Assembly: GCA_051362555.1 (NCBI GenBank)
Contig: CM120643.1
Location: 20,960,848-21,024,847, forward strand
Direction: 5' to 3'
From: Lingula anatina
Taxonomy: Eukaryota > Animalia > Brachiopoda
DNA length: 64,000 nucleotides
This document shows, one piece after another, positions 1 through 15,936 of the stretch (the stretch's first letter is position 1; every line of letters begins with the position of its first letter). The notes beneath the pieces were generated by a model, which did not search any database, was not told the origin of the DNA, and saw only the letters and a list, made by a program, of their open reading frames with translations. A program made the position numbers and the translations under genes.

Positions 1-149
1 GAATTTTTTTTTAAAGAGTTTTTTTACAGTTTCTGTAACAAAAGACCTCCCTAAAATTAACAGTGCATCTCTTAGTACTGCAGATATCCTAATTATTTAG
101 CAGCTTTTCTGCAATCAAATTCTCTATTCACAAATCCACTGCACAAACC

Positions 150-760
150 AGCCTTGCTGATATGGTTGGTAGGCAACAGGAGGCAGGCTCCAATACTGCT
201 TTATAGCTAGGATGTTTCTGTAGCTGTTCCAAACATGCACATACTGAGCTTCGTGGCTGTAGAACTCTGTGATACACTGAATATATGTGTGCCCACCACT
301 TTGCCACCACTGCCTAAACTCACAAATGCTTCTCCCTACATCACTTGTCTGGGTCTTGCGGAAATACCTCGGCCAGTCACTCACAAAGCCAGGTGTATCA
401 TGCTCCTGTTACCACTTCAAAAGTGTCCTGTTGCTATGCTAGCCAATACAGGTGCTACTTCAAAGAGACACACCACACAGCCTCCATTACACTGTGAAAT
501 GAGCTGTTAATCCAATTAAATCATCTGGCCCCATATTAATCATTGCTGCAGTCTACACCATGCTTACTGATGTGGGCATTTTAAGTCATGGTTGCTATAA
601 ACTCCAGCAAGCCTTGATTTCAGCACATTGATTTAGTGTGACCTTTGATCAGTGTTTTAACATGTTCAGAAATCCCATACTTCCCCATCGGATGTAACAA
701 GCTACTGTGCTATCACATTTCTCACGAGCCTGGCTCAGCTGCCTGGTATCCAGGATTAAA
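150..760 (+). mobile_element. Possible highly decayed DIRS/Ngaro-type tyrosine-recombinase retroelement remnant
   Basis: Broken + strand reading gives 'PNMHILSFVAVELCDTLNICVPTT' (reminiscent of the integrase N-terminal SAM-like region), 'KCPVAML', and a frameshifted 'SH.FPIG' near 673-692 (cf. GHSFRIG). Motif-level resemblance only, with stops and frameshifts. Confidence 0.25.
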
Positions 761-1024
761 ATACAACAACAGTGTTTAAGTTAGGCACTTAATATCAATA
801 CTGTTATTCCACCAGTTTTTGTCCTCAAAAAGGCAATTCAGATTGCTGTTTGTTTAGCTCTATGATTACAGAGGCCTGCCGATATAAAGGGTGTCATATA
901 ATAGGAATGCAATTCATATTTCTCTTACAAACACAGCCTGATATTGGATTTTGTTTACAAAGAAAATCAATGAAAGGCTCACGCTTTGTTTAATTTATGA
1001 TAAAATCTTTTGCAGGTACAATTA

Positions 1025-1038
1025 CCACCAGGTGGCAC
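1025..1038 (+). promoter_or_regulatory. CTCF-like motif
   Basis: ccaccaggtggcac fits the CCASYAGRKGGCRS core consensus. Confidence 0.3.
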
Positions 1039-2135
1039 CAGTTGACCATTTAAGAACCAAGTAACCTCCAATTTCTTATGAATAGAATTCAAGGCTTAGG
1101 TTTCAATTTAAATGTACAATAACAAAGTGTACTTAACCTCATCAAAAAAGGAGTGAAGCTCAATAAATGTTTACGTAGAAAATACTAGTTTTTTCTTGAT
1201 AGTCTTCAGGTAAATTAAACATGTTAAGCTGGCAAATATAACCTAAAAAGGCATAATTAGAATATAATTATCATTCCCATCATATTTATATGATAATTTC
1301 TTATGCTTTTTAAATACAGTTTTCTAGTACAACCTTAACTGATCATTTAAGAATGTGTTTTACTGTAACAAAGGTTGAAATACTCAGTATTTAGTTTGTA
1401 TCTTTTAAAAATATTTTCCTGCACTTATGTGAAATTTTCCATCTTAAAAGATACTAAGCGCAAAGAATCCCACTTGAGTGTGCAAAATGATTGCACAATA
1501 AATTATACAAGTATGCATTTTGCAATAATTTTGTTTGATAAACTAAGGCAAATGTGCTGAATATATATAGGTACAAGTTAGTGTCACTTATGCTGAGGCT
1601 TTTAGCAAATATACAGCTTTGTGACCTGAAAACATCATTAACTTTTCTCATTTGATCAACATCACAATATTTCTGAAGCTGTTGTTAGATTTTTAAATTA
1701 TTTAGAATGTTGGTGCTCACTCCTGTATCATTTCATCTTCATTCTAACACAAACTCAACCATTCACACACAAGCAAACAGTTCACATTACAAATCAAATC
1801 TGAGTATTGGTCATATAAATCTAATGTTTTATAACAGGTATTTAAAAAAATAAGTGCTATAATACTACTTACTAAATTGTTCCTTAGATTCAAAGTATAT
1901 TAATTACAAAAATTACACACAAGCAATATACTGGGTTCAAAGTGTGTTTTATTTGGATGCAGTGCAACTGGTCACATGAGTTTTTGTGTGTGTGCATAAT
2001 ATGCATGAGTAGTTTATTGGATATTTTCCTAATTAATACATATTTACAGAAGTACATTAAATATTTTGTTAATAATAAGACAAAGAGCAAATCTATCAAC
2101 TTTGAGATGTATTATATAACAACCATTATTCATAC

Positions 2136-3080
2136 CTCCGCCTCATGTTTCTGGATAAGCATAGCATTGATCTCGTCAGCTCTCTTCATATACTGCTCCT
2201 GTATCTCTTTGATCTTCTGTTTGGATGCCTCCACTGCATCATGGAGCTCCTCACAGTGCAGCTTCTGGCCCTAGAATATGATATACTGTTATTACATATA
2301 TTTCAATATAGAATCAAACAACGGTATATGTTAAGGTTTTACCTATAATAATAATAGGCCATGTTGTCCTTATCAATATGGACAATATACATGTATATTA
2401 TTTACATGTATTGACCTGTTGCATGTGATGTCAACAATAGTATATATGAGATGCACACCATAACTTCTATTCCGAAGTCTGTGCAGAAGTAAGTACTGGT
2501 CACATCCATGTTAACCTTCTGCTCTGAACTATTAGTAGCTACTTCAATGTTTATCTTTACTGAAGTCATTATAACCTATTTATTTAGCCACTCTGTCCTT
2601 CTGAACTAGAGATAACACATATTTCATCATTTTCATGATTCATTGAATTGTAAATACTGGGTGTGAAAGTCTAACTAAATTGTAAATACTGGGTGTCAAA
2701 GTCTAATTGATAGTTAGAGAAACATTGCTCGCTGCATAATTAACATTTATAACTGAAAATTATTTGTCTGTTGTCAGTGTTGGAGAAAAAGGTAAAAAGA
2801 ATATAGAAAACACTTTTGATCTTAGTGGAGAAGTGAAAATTCAATGGTCCTGTCATATCCAAAATGTCTAACACAATAAATTGCTGCAGTGTGAATGCAC
2901 TTCAAAACTTTCTTTTATATTCATTACCTCTAGCTCTTCTAGTCGTGCCTTCAACTCCTTGTTTTCTTTTACAATCTCTTGCAGGAAACCCAAAGTTTCG
3001 ATGTGCTTGGCTGCTAACCGTTCATTCTGCTCGTGCAGTTTCTCTCTTGGAATCCTGTCGGATTTATAACAGTTCTGCAT
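2136..3080 (-). CDS. Small coiled-coil protein, unidentified; at least two coding exons, 3' end uncertain
   Basis: Exon 3080-2928 (MQNCYK...KARLEELE, donor gtaatg) joins in phase 0 to exon 2270-2136 (GQKLHCEELHDAVEASKQKIKEIQEQYMKRADEINAMLIQKHEAE; acceptor ttctag, donor gtatg). Heptad-like, E/K/Q-rich. A candidate terminal exon at 1625-1602 (VTKLYIC*) is unconfirmed. Confidence 0.7.
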
Positions 3081-3487
3081 ATTGGAAGACCTTTACATAA
3101 ATGAACAGGAAGATCTGGTACCTAAAGTAAGCCCAATAAAGTCGATGTTTATCCGTTCATGCTATTTTAAACAGCTTCATTGACAACTGATTCGCATCAC
3201 GACTAACCGGAAGATAAATATCTGACGAGGAAATATAGTTCCAATATCTTCACACCTTTTCTTCTGTATTTTACCAAACAAAGTTCCACATTTACCAATT
3301 TTACTGTCCAAGGTGATACCTTAATTTGTGATCGCTTAAATTGAGGGATTGTGGCACTTCAAGCAAACGTAAATATTCCTACATATATTCCGGTCACACA
3401 TGCGCATAATAGAAAGGAGCCATATTTGCACGAAGTTGTTGTGTCATTGTGCCGGTTGTTGTGTTTTGATCAGCTTTTACAGCCAAA
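3081..3487. promoter_or_regulatory. Putative bidirectional promoter (coiled-coil gene / PSMD7)
   Basis: Divergent ATGs about 400 bp apart; contains ETS-like ccggaa/ttccgg and NRF1-like catgcgca motifs. Confidence 0.55.
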
Positions 3488-7053
<3,566 letters not shown>

Positions 7054-8033
7054 AGACTGACCCGGTTGAGCTGTACTCATAAATCTCACAATCTCTCAGT
7101 AATAACATTTTCAGCCACACCATTCACAGTGTAACAGGAACTGGTCTTGTTAAATATCAGAATGTTGTGAATGCCACTGTTAAAGAAGGTTACAAAATTT
7201 AACCCAGTTTGTCTGTTAGCCAGTCTGTTTGAGATAAAAGACAATTTTCATGAAGGACGTGAAACTGTGTTAAGCCACCTCTATTATGTATTTAGATGTC
7301 ATGTTCTTAAGCAGGAGTGTGTCACAAGGCTAAGAGAAGATGTATAAAATGTGAATATTATCTAACATAATTAAAGTCTTTTTCAAATCTTGGTGTTATG
7401 TAATTTACTGCTAAATTTCTGCTCTTTTTGCTTGATTTTTCTTCTTTTTACAAATGGAGACCAAATCTTGTGAACAAGGTAATGGCAACTTTTGCCATGA
7501 TGAATTCTCGTTCCTTTTTACAAACCCAATAACTAAAATATGGCAAACAAACAAATGTAATAGATAAAATATGAAAAATTTATTGCAGAACTTCTGATTA
7601 ATGAATGGCAAAACAGGCAATGAATGACAATCAGATTTCAAAGCTAAGAATGATTTTTTTTTACAAAGCAAGCTGCAATGTTTCTTTGTGGAACAAATTA
7701 AACAAAGCTTAATTTTACAAAAATATAATTTGCATGAAAGAAGTCAAATTTAAATGCCCAAAATCTTTGCACTTGCCTCTAGCGTCCAGACCTTCAATGA
7801 TTGATATAACAGTATCACAGTATGTCCATTTAAAAGATTCAATTCAGCAAAGCTAATGCCAGCACAATATATAAGAAATGTCTTAATTGTCAATTGACTG
7901 TTTTTTCTTTTTTTTTAAATTGACATTTAAAGAACTTTGTACGGTACAAAAAAGTCTGAATGAAATTCTAGAAGGTGGTCCAGCAGTTTTGTGTCAAAAC
8001 TTCTGTTGCACATTAACTGAACCATCTGATGAG

Positions 8034-8376
8034 ATGCTTTGTGCAATTTTACCAAATCTTTCTGATATATATTTGGACTTAATTATCACCAAATTGACCC
8101 CTTCTTAAATTTTATATAAAAATTTATAAAATTGGTTTTCATCATAATATCATTATAAGCTGTTATATAACATCTACAACATTAGGAATCACCAAAGATT
8201 GCCAAAAGTCTCATAATATGCTTTGCGCTATTTACCAAATCTTTCTGACACATGTTTGGATTTGATTTTCGCCAAAATCACTCCTTCCATCACTTTATAT
8301 ATAAATATACAAAATTGGTATTTATCATTATAAGATAATAAGCTATGTGACAACAAGATTTATAACATTAGGAATC
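8034..8376. repeat. Degenerate tandem duplication of about 180 bp downstream of the LDHD stop codon
   Basis: atgctttg..caattttaccaaatctttctga...aacattaggaatc occurs at about 8034-8190 and again at about 8218-8376. Confidence 0.7.
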
Positions 8377-8884
8377 GTCCAATCCTGTAATAGAAAATAG
8401 AAAAAATTGAGGGAGATTTGTTAGATTTCAAGGAGTGTAGGGATCAGAAATAACTGTAGACTAGTAAGTGCGATACAGCAATGAATAAAAGCTGACAGAA
8501 TTCGTCCACCAATATTCTTCTTATTACGGACTATTGCACAGCAATATGATTTTACCAGGTTTTGCATATCACTTTTTAAGTGCACTTGAAGACGCCATTC
8601 CTGGCCCACAGTTTCACCTTTGCTGCTTTAAAGGTAATCCCCACATCACCTAGCTATCTCAGATGATTTCCATACAGCACCATTTTCATTTATATAGCAA
8701 TGTTTCCAATTTTCACCTTGTGGCTCAACTTTAAGCAGTACATATTTAGATGAACTGCATAACAACTTTCCACTTTTAGTGAAATCAAAATCATGTGGCA
8801 GTTTCCTCAGATATTGCTTGTGACTCTTGATTATGAATATTTTTCTTCTCCCTAAATCTGGAAGTGATCCAGAATTTAATATCA

Positions 8885-11800
8885 TCAGTCCATAAAAATC
8901 TTCCCAGGATTCATGATGCCCTTGGGATCAAGGGCTGCCTTCAATTCTTTCATCACTTGAACCCCAACCGCTCCGATCTCCTTCTCTAAAAAGTGGCGCT
9001 TGCCCAATCCAATCCCATGTTCACCTGTGCAGGTGCCATGCATTTCCAGCGCACGCCTGAAATGAACATGGAAACAAATAATCCAATAGAAATTCCATTA
9101 GCTGTTCTATGTACTTATTTGCTTGTCATATGTGAGACATTGATATACAGGAGTGTCAATAACTGAATTCAGCAGTTTGAAGAAACTATTATAATTATGA
9201 CTTTTGGAAGAAATAAATCATCAGGACAGGCTGATTTAAAGGAGGACTGGTATTTTTCGTGAGTAATTAGCCCTGACTGACTTTCAGGCAGGTTTTGAGT
9301 TTCCAATTCTGTGAAATGAAGCTTGGGAAATCTTCAGAAGTTCAGCAATGCCAGAGGCACATAAAACCCTATTTCAAACACAACTTTCAAGACCGAATTA
9401 CTTATGTCTTTTTCATTTACAACAAAACTGTTTTATTATATTCTAAAGAAACTGTGACTAACATGGCCATCCTAGAAGCTCAGTCTTGCACTGAACACAT
9501 AAATGACATTAAACCAGATTTTACAAAATCTGATACTTCTGCCTGTTTTTTGGTATCATACTTGTATGTAACAAAGTTGATGACGCCTGCCATGCTATGT
9601 TTTAGATGAACTGTGACTTACATAGCCATCCTGTCTGTGAGACCTTTGACCTCTTCCACCTCCTTGGGGTTATTTGGATCAAAAACCAGCACAGTGTGAA
9701 AGTTACCATCTCCAACATGGCCAACTATGGGGCCTAGAAAAGAATGTGTTAACAAAATGTAAAGATCTCCATCATGGCCAACTATAGGTTTTTAAATTAC
9801 GATATTTTGTCATGTTATCAGTCTTTGTTATCAATGTATACTTTGTCAGATAAGGTCAATTAAAGGATCTAAAAAAAGAAAATCTTACAATGCTACCATC
9901 GCCACCATAACATACTATTGCTTACAAAAATATAAAAAATGCTTGCTTTCTTTCACAACTAAAGATAATTGCGATTATTTCTTTTATTTATAACTTAAAG
10001 GGATAATAACTGTTCGTTATGGCCAAAAAATGAATTTTCCTGGAGTAAACAACAATTTTCCCATACTTAACAATGGTTAATGAATTCATTTCTACATTCA
10101 TTTGAATGTAGAAATGAATTCATTAACAATGGTTAATGAATTCATTTCTACATTCAAAGTTAGTCCCTGTTTTTTTTCTAAAAAGTTTTTTTTTTGTTAT
10201 AATCTCTTAAAAGATTATTACAGAGTATAGCCACCTATGGAGGTCACGTGGTCCAATGACAAGCTCAGATATCAGAATAATAGCTATAACTGCCGTTGTT
10301 GTGGTAAAACAGAGTATACTATATTTCTATGAGTTGTTTACAATGTTTTTATTGTGAAATATAGATCTCATACGAAGAGTTATTATCCCTTTAAATACAT
10401 TCAATGTAAATATTTCCTTTATAACCGGCTTGCTAACTTTAAAGCAAATTAAAAAGCATGTGAGTGGACAAAAGCTATACTTTTAAAAAACATTTAAGAC
10501 CTTTATGGTATAAATTCAGCAAAATAGAAATTTAACTGGCTATGATGCAAACTCAGCATTATGTAATTGTACACAGGTAAATAGTTTGAGAGCTTCAAAA
10601 GTCAAGCAAATGAAACAAAAATTAAAAACTGTCATATCTTTTGACACAACATCACAGAGCATGCAAAGCATTTTCTTCCTTTCTAATAGTATCTATTCAA
10701 GCAAGCATGCTGGTTTAGAGAGAAGGCCAAATACAGCTACATCACAAAATGCTAAAGTCAAAATGCTGTTTTAAAGAAAAAAAGCAGTGGCTGTTACCAA
10801 GAACCATAATCAAAACACAGCAAAATTTTGAATGCTAGAAAAAACAAACAATTTTGGCCTGTTCTCTTACCAACAACTGAGGAGCTTTGTATGTCTTCCT
10901 TGGTCATTGTAATTAATTCTGGTAACCTTGAGATTGGAACACAGACATCCGTGATGCTAGCCTTAAACAGAAGCACCAAGAAAACCACATAATCACATTT
11001 CCAATTACTGCAATCCAACCCTCAAGCATTAGGGGCAACAGAGGGAGAAAGCTGATTCATTTTTTTAGCTATTTAAGCATTTGCCATATTGTAAATAGCC
11101 TAGATTTATAGCACATCATCTTCCCCCTGGGTTTGTACAACTACTGGCATCATTACCAGGAATAAAGGACCTGTCCAAGTCCTCCTTGGTTTCCGTGAGG
11201 ACCTGCGGCAGCAGAGAGATGGGGACACAGACATCTGTCATTTTACCCTGGATACACAGGAAGCAAGAAGATTCAAATGGGGCTGGGGCCAATTTTACAA
11301 TAAAACTTCAGCCTGAAAAATTTTTGTCTGTCTCTGTTTAAGATAAATTTATAGTAGTCCTTTTAATAGTTGCAATGTTGTGTTAAAGTAAACTAAACTT
11401 TAAAACTGAAAGGTTTGACCAATTTTCAGGCTAAAATTTTTGTTTAACGGGCCCCTGCCTGAGTGACCGAAGTCGGACTGGCCAAAAGCAAAATGTCAGA
11501 AAAATGTTCTACAGTATACTTTGAAATGGGTTATCTCAACATAACACATAATGCATAATATATAAGAAAAAGACTTTCACTTTTTTCTTTATTTGTACTC
11601 TTGTTTGATGGTTTGTAAGATACATCTAGGTAATGATGAATTTCAATTGGTGAGGAAACCAACCTCAGCTCATTTTAAATAAAGAAGTTTATTTACTTTT
11701 CACAGAGATCTATATAATGGAACAGTACTCAAATATTTTACCTTACATCCTGGCCTTAGTGCAATGCAGGCATAGTAAGCATCATGTCTGGCCTTCCACA

Positions 11801-13777
11801 GTTTATTTCTCACCTCTGGCTCTTTGGCCCACTGAAACCCTGAACCTTCATTATACTCTGCTATCTCAGCTGAAATGAAAGTTCATTTTGTTTCAGATAT
11901 CAATGTCACATCATATATCATCACTGCCTCACATCTGCAATATAGTACCATCCCCTTTCACTCATCAACATATAGTCTACACATTTTTGAAAATGTTACT
12001 CATTTATCTACTTATTTTTTATTGACAACAAATTCTATTTGATTTCAGCTATTATTCTCTAGAGTTATAAATAGCCATCTCAGCTTCACTGGTATAATGG
12101 TTTAACCCTAACATAACCCTTCATACAGAACATCCATCTCACCATACGCCTTCCCCAATTTTATAAATAATGGATTTCCTATAATCCAGGTGTTATAAAC
12201 CAGCTCATTTTCATTGGTATACTAGTCTGCCACATCAAATCTAACCATACACCTAATGCCAGTAAAACTGAACCTGGGCCATTTAAATTTACTAAATTTG
12301 ATCAGTTACAAGCCACCATTTCTGCTTTGAACGGTAGATTACAAGTCCCTGATGTCTCATAGGGGCAGGAGGTTAAAACCCATTTTCAGCACAGGCTGGT
12401 GTAATATTTTCACCCAATATCTCACCCACAGCCTTGGCCTGTTCCTCCACCCCAGACTCTGAGCCATGGAACTCCAGGAATAGAGTGGGGGACTCCTGGT
12501 AGTCAAGATGACTGAACTTGTTACATGCCATCATCTGAACCTCGTCTAGAAACTCTGGAAGTTCAGGCACAAATGTTATTAAAATATAATGGTGATACCT
12601 TGGAAATGCTGTAAGTGTTTAATGGTCAAACTGGTTACATGTACCATTTAAGGTATGAGTGACAACAAATAACTGTTCAGAGATGGAAGGAATCTCTCCT
12701 GGACAAGTATGTATACCAATAGCTATGTTTATGCAGTTCACTGGGATTATGTTTGGAGCAAACAGGCGCATTTTCTAAACAATTTCAACAAATGAGGCCA
12801 AACAAAGGACAAAAATGGTCAACTTAGACCCTTCCCCCTTTTTTCAATAAGTTTCATCTTTAACTATTTAAATAAATATCACTCAATTTTAGCATACAAA
12901 TGTCACATGTATAATTCTTAACATTATTATTGTATACCGACAGCGAATACTAATAAATGTGTCTTTCATGACCTATATATTCTGCCAGCTTACCAATTCT
13001 AGCCATGGGTATTCCACACTGTAGTGTCTGAACTGTTGTATCAACTGCTGCCTTTACTGAGGGAAAGTGACAGACTGCTGATATAGTCTGGAAGGAGCAC
13101 ATATGATTCATATTATATTTCATGATCAGTATAAAATTATGACAGTAGATATTCGGATGTGTTCTAAAAGTGATTTAAGCTTAAATCTTGTTCCATTTGT
13201 AAAAAAAGTTACTACAATATATGTTTCGTTTGGATCTATTCTTTTTCGCTCTTATTACAACTTGTGCAACTGAAATCTTGCAAACATGCCATATTCAGGT
13301 TATTTAATGAAAGTTAATCACTAAACTTGCTCTATCTAGATATAAAAAAACATCCCTTTTGGCTTTCAATGTACAATCCAGTCCAACTTTTTAAACAATA
13401 TTAAAACATTTTCTCAAGATCTGCTGGCATACAAGTACTCACACTCTCTGGTTGTCCATAAAGTTTTATTGTGGCCTTGGTGATGATGCCAAGAGTTCCC
13501 TCAGAGCCAACAAATAGGTTGGTCATATTGTATCCAGCTGCAGTTTTTCTAAATATAAAAAATAATTAGAAAAAAAATAAATTGTTTGAATATATAATTA
13601 ATAACTATAATAAACAAATAAATAAAAATCATAGAAAATTCTGAACTACACTTTACCAGTTAGTAAAATGTTAAAAGCATTTAAGTGCTATCTCCAAACA
13701 TGAAAATGTTCCACTAAAGTTACAGGTTTACATAACTTTGATATACATTTTAAGACAGCAAAAGAATGTCTCACAGT

Positions 13778-13873
<96 letters not shown>

Positions 13874-15903
13874 TACTTCGTTCTCCTCCCCTCCCCTGCT
13901 GTGTGGATAACTCTTCCATCACTGAGGACCACCTCCAAGTTCATGACGTTCTCACGCATGGTACCGTAGCGGACAGCGTTGGTGCCAGATGCACTTGTGG
14001 AACACATGCCGCAGAGAGAGGCGTCAGCCCCAGGGTCTGAAACACAAGTGTGGGTTAATAACATGATTCTGATTGTACAGTCCAGCCTTGCCCTGTTAAA
14101 ATATTTACTCAAGAAACAGATATTCACTTGTTAATAAAAGAATTAATTTACGACAAAAATGGAACAGATACACTGCAAGCAGGGCCGAGTTTAGAGTATT
14201 GCACTGGTACTGAATAATACTGGTTATATGTTTGTTTGGCACACTGACAACCTGGTCTCAGTCTTGCTTACAAACCATAGTGTCAGTGGTTCTCACATCC
14301 TATCTACCAGTACACCCTTCCCTTGATCATGGCCTTACCCACGGGAAACCATAGGCCTGTGTCATGGAGATAGTGGTTAAGAGCCATCCGTGTCACTCCT
14401 GCCTGGACAACTACATCAAAGTCCTCAACATGTACTTCCTCTATCTGGTCCATCCTCATCAAGTCAAATGTTACCCCACCCTGCAACGAACATGGCCTTG
14501 AATTTATTGTATCACAGATCTGGTCTCAGTAAAATATGAAACAAAGTTACATACTGAACGTTCTAACCATAATCTATTGGTACATAAAATTAGATGGTTT
14601 TGATACTGACATAGATGGTTAAAGAAAGTATCAATAAATAAGTGATGAATATAGTCCCAACTTGATACCAAAAACTGTACATGTAGCAAATAGTATAACG
14701 ATATTACAAGACATTCAACAGTGGGGAGAGAATGAGGGAAAATAAGCACTAAACTGTTATGTCAAGAACATCTCATCCTAAATCTGTTCTACCTTTGACC
14801 TTTGTCACCCCTTCCTCTACATCTGACCTAGCTGCCTCCACATCTATTCTGAACTTGAACCATGAGACCCCCCCCCCAATCCCAACTTCTGAAACACCTC
14901 CCTCAAAATCTTTAGTAACCTTGATACCTATGACCCATATCTGACCTGACCTTGACCCTTAAATAGTATGGCCCTCTTTTCCAGGACCAGTTCTAACCTT
15001 GACTCCTGTGACGCCTCCCTCCAGACCTGTTCCAGAGCCAAAGGGAATGATGGGAAGCCCCTCAGCGTAGCATATCTTGGCACATTCAGACACTTCCTCC
15101 GTGCTCCCTGGGGAGACGACTAAATCAGGTGGAAAAATGCTAAAAAAAACAAAAAAACTTTCAACTTCCTTGTTTCAACTTCCTTAACCTATATATCTTG
15201 CACTCAGACTTCACATTAAGTTTGGCACATTTACTAAGATGTAAATTCAATGTTGTTTACCTTGTTAAATAGGATTTAGAGTAATCGTGTGTTAACATCA
15301 ATATACAGCATCATAGTTAACTATAAAAGCACTCATTATTTGAATTATATTTTCTAATTGGAATAAAAATGAATGATGATGTAAACTATAGTAAGTTTTA
15401 CCCATGATAAGATTCATCCTTCCCATGATGCTCTCTCACAGCTTTAGCAGTGGACACATTCTTCTCTCCAACAACAGATGCAAAAGCCTTCAAAACATCA
15501 TCTTGGATCTCCTTTCTATTAACCTGCAGTTCAAGAAAGAATTGTGAATTATTAAGACAACAGATGACTTACAGAAATTTGAAAAGAGACATGCATATCA
15601 GTCAAATGCAACTTACATGTGCATTATTCAATTATTCTAACATAGGCCCTTTTCACATAATGCCATAAACTTTTCTGTACTACTTCACCATTTTGAATTA
15701 ATATCCTAGCTGGACATTACTGTGAGTCATCTTAGCCTCCTGGTATTGAGATGGACAGTTAACAGAATTAATTTTAATTGCTCGGAATAGTCGAATGTGA
15801 AATGGAGTTACCCCCCCTCCCCCCCCCCCCCCCCCCGCACACACAATCTGTAAAGATTGAAAGCAGTCCCTTTCACTTTTATGGTGAGTCCCCCCCCCCC
15901 CAA

Positions 15904-15936
<33 letters not shown>

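Noticed and set aside
8879-8890. LDHD TGA stop as a selenocysteine or readthrough site
   Set aside because: It is followed immediately by a second TGA and then TAA, and the protein ends at the normal family position.
13728-14040. ORFs with HTHTHT/VCVCVC runs (also YIYIYI, ERERER and LSLSLS ORFs elsewhere)
   Set aside because: These are translations of dinucleotide microsatellites, not proteins.
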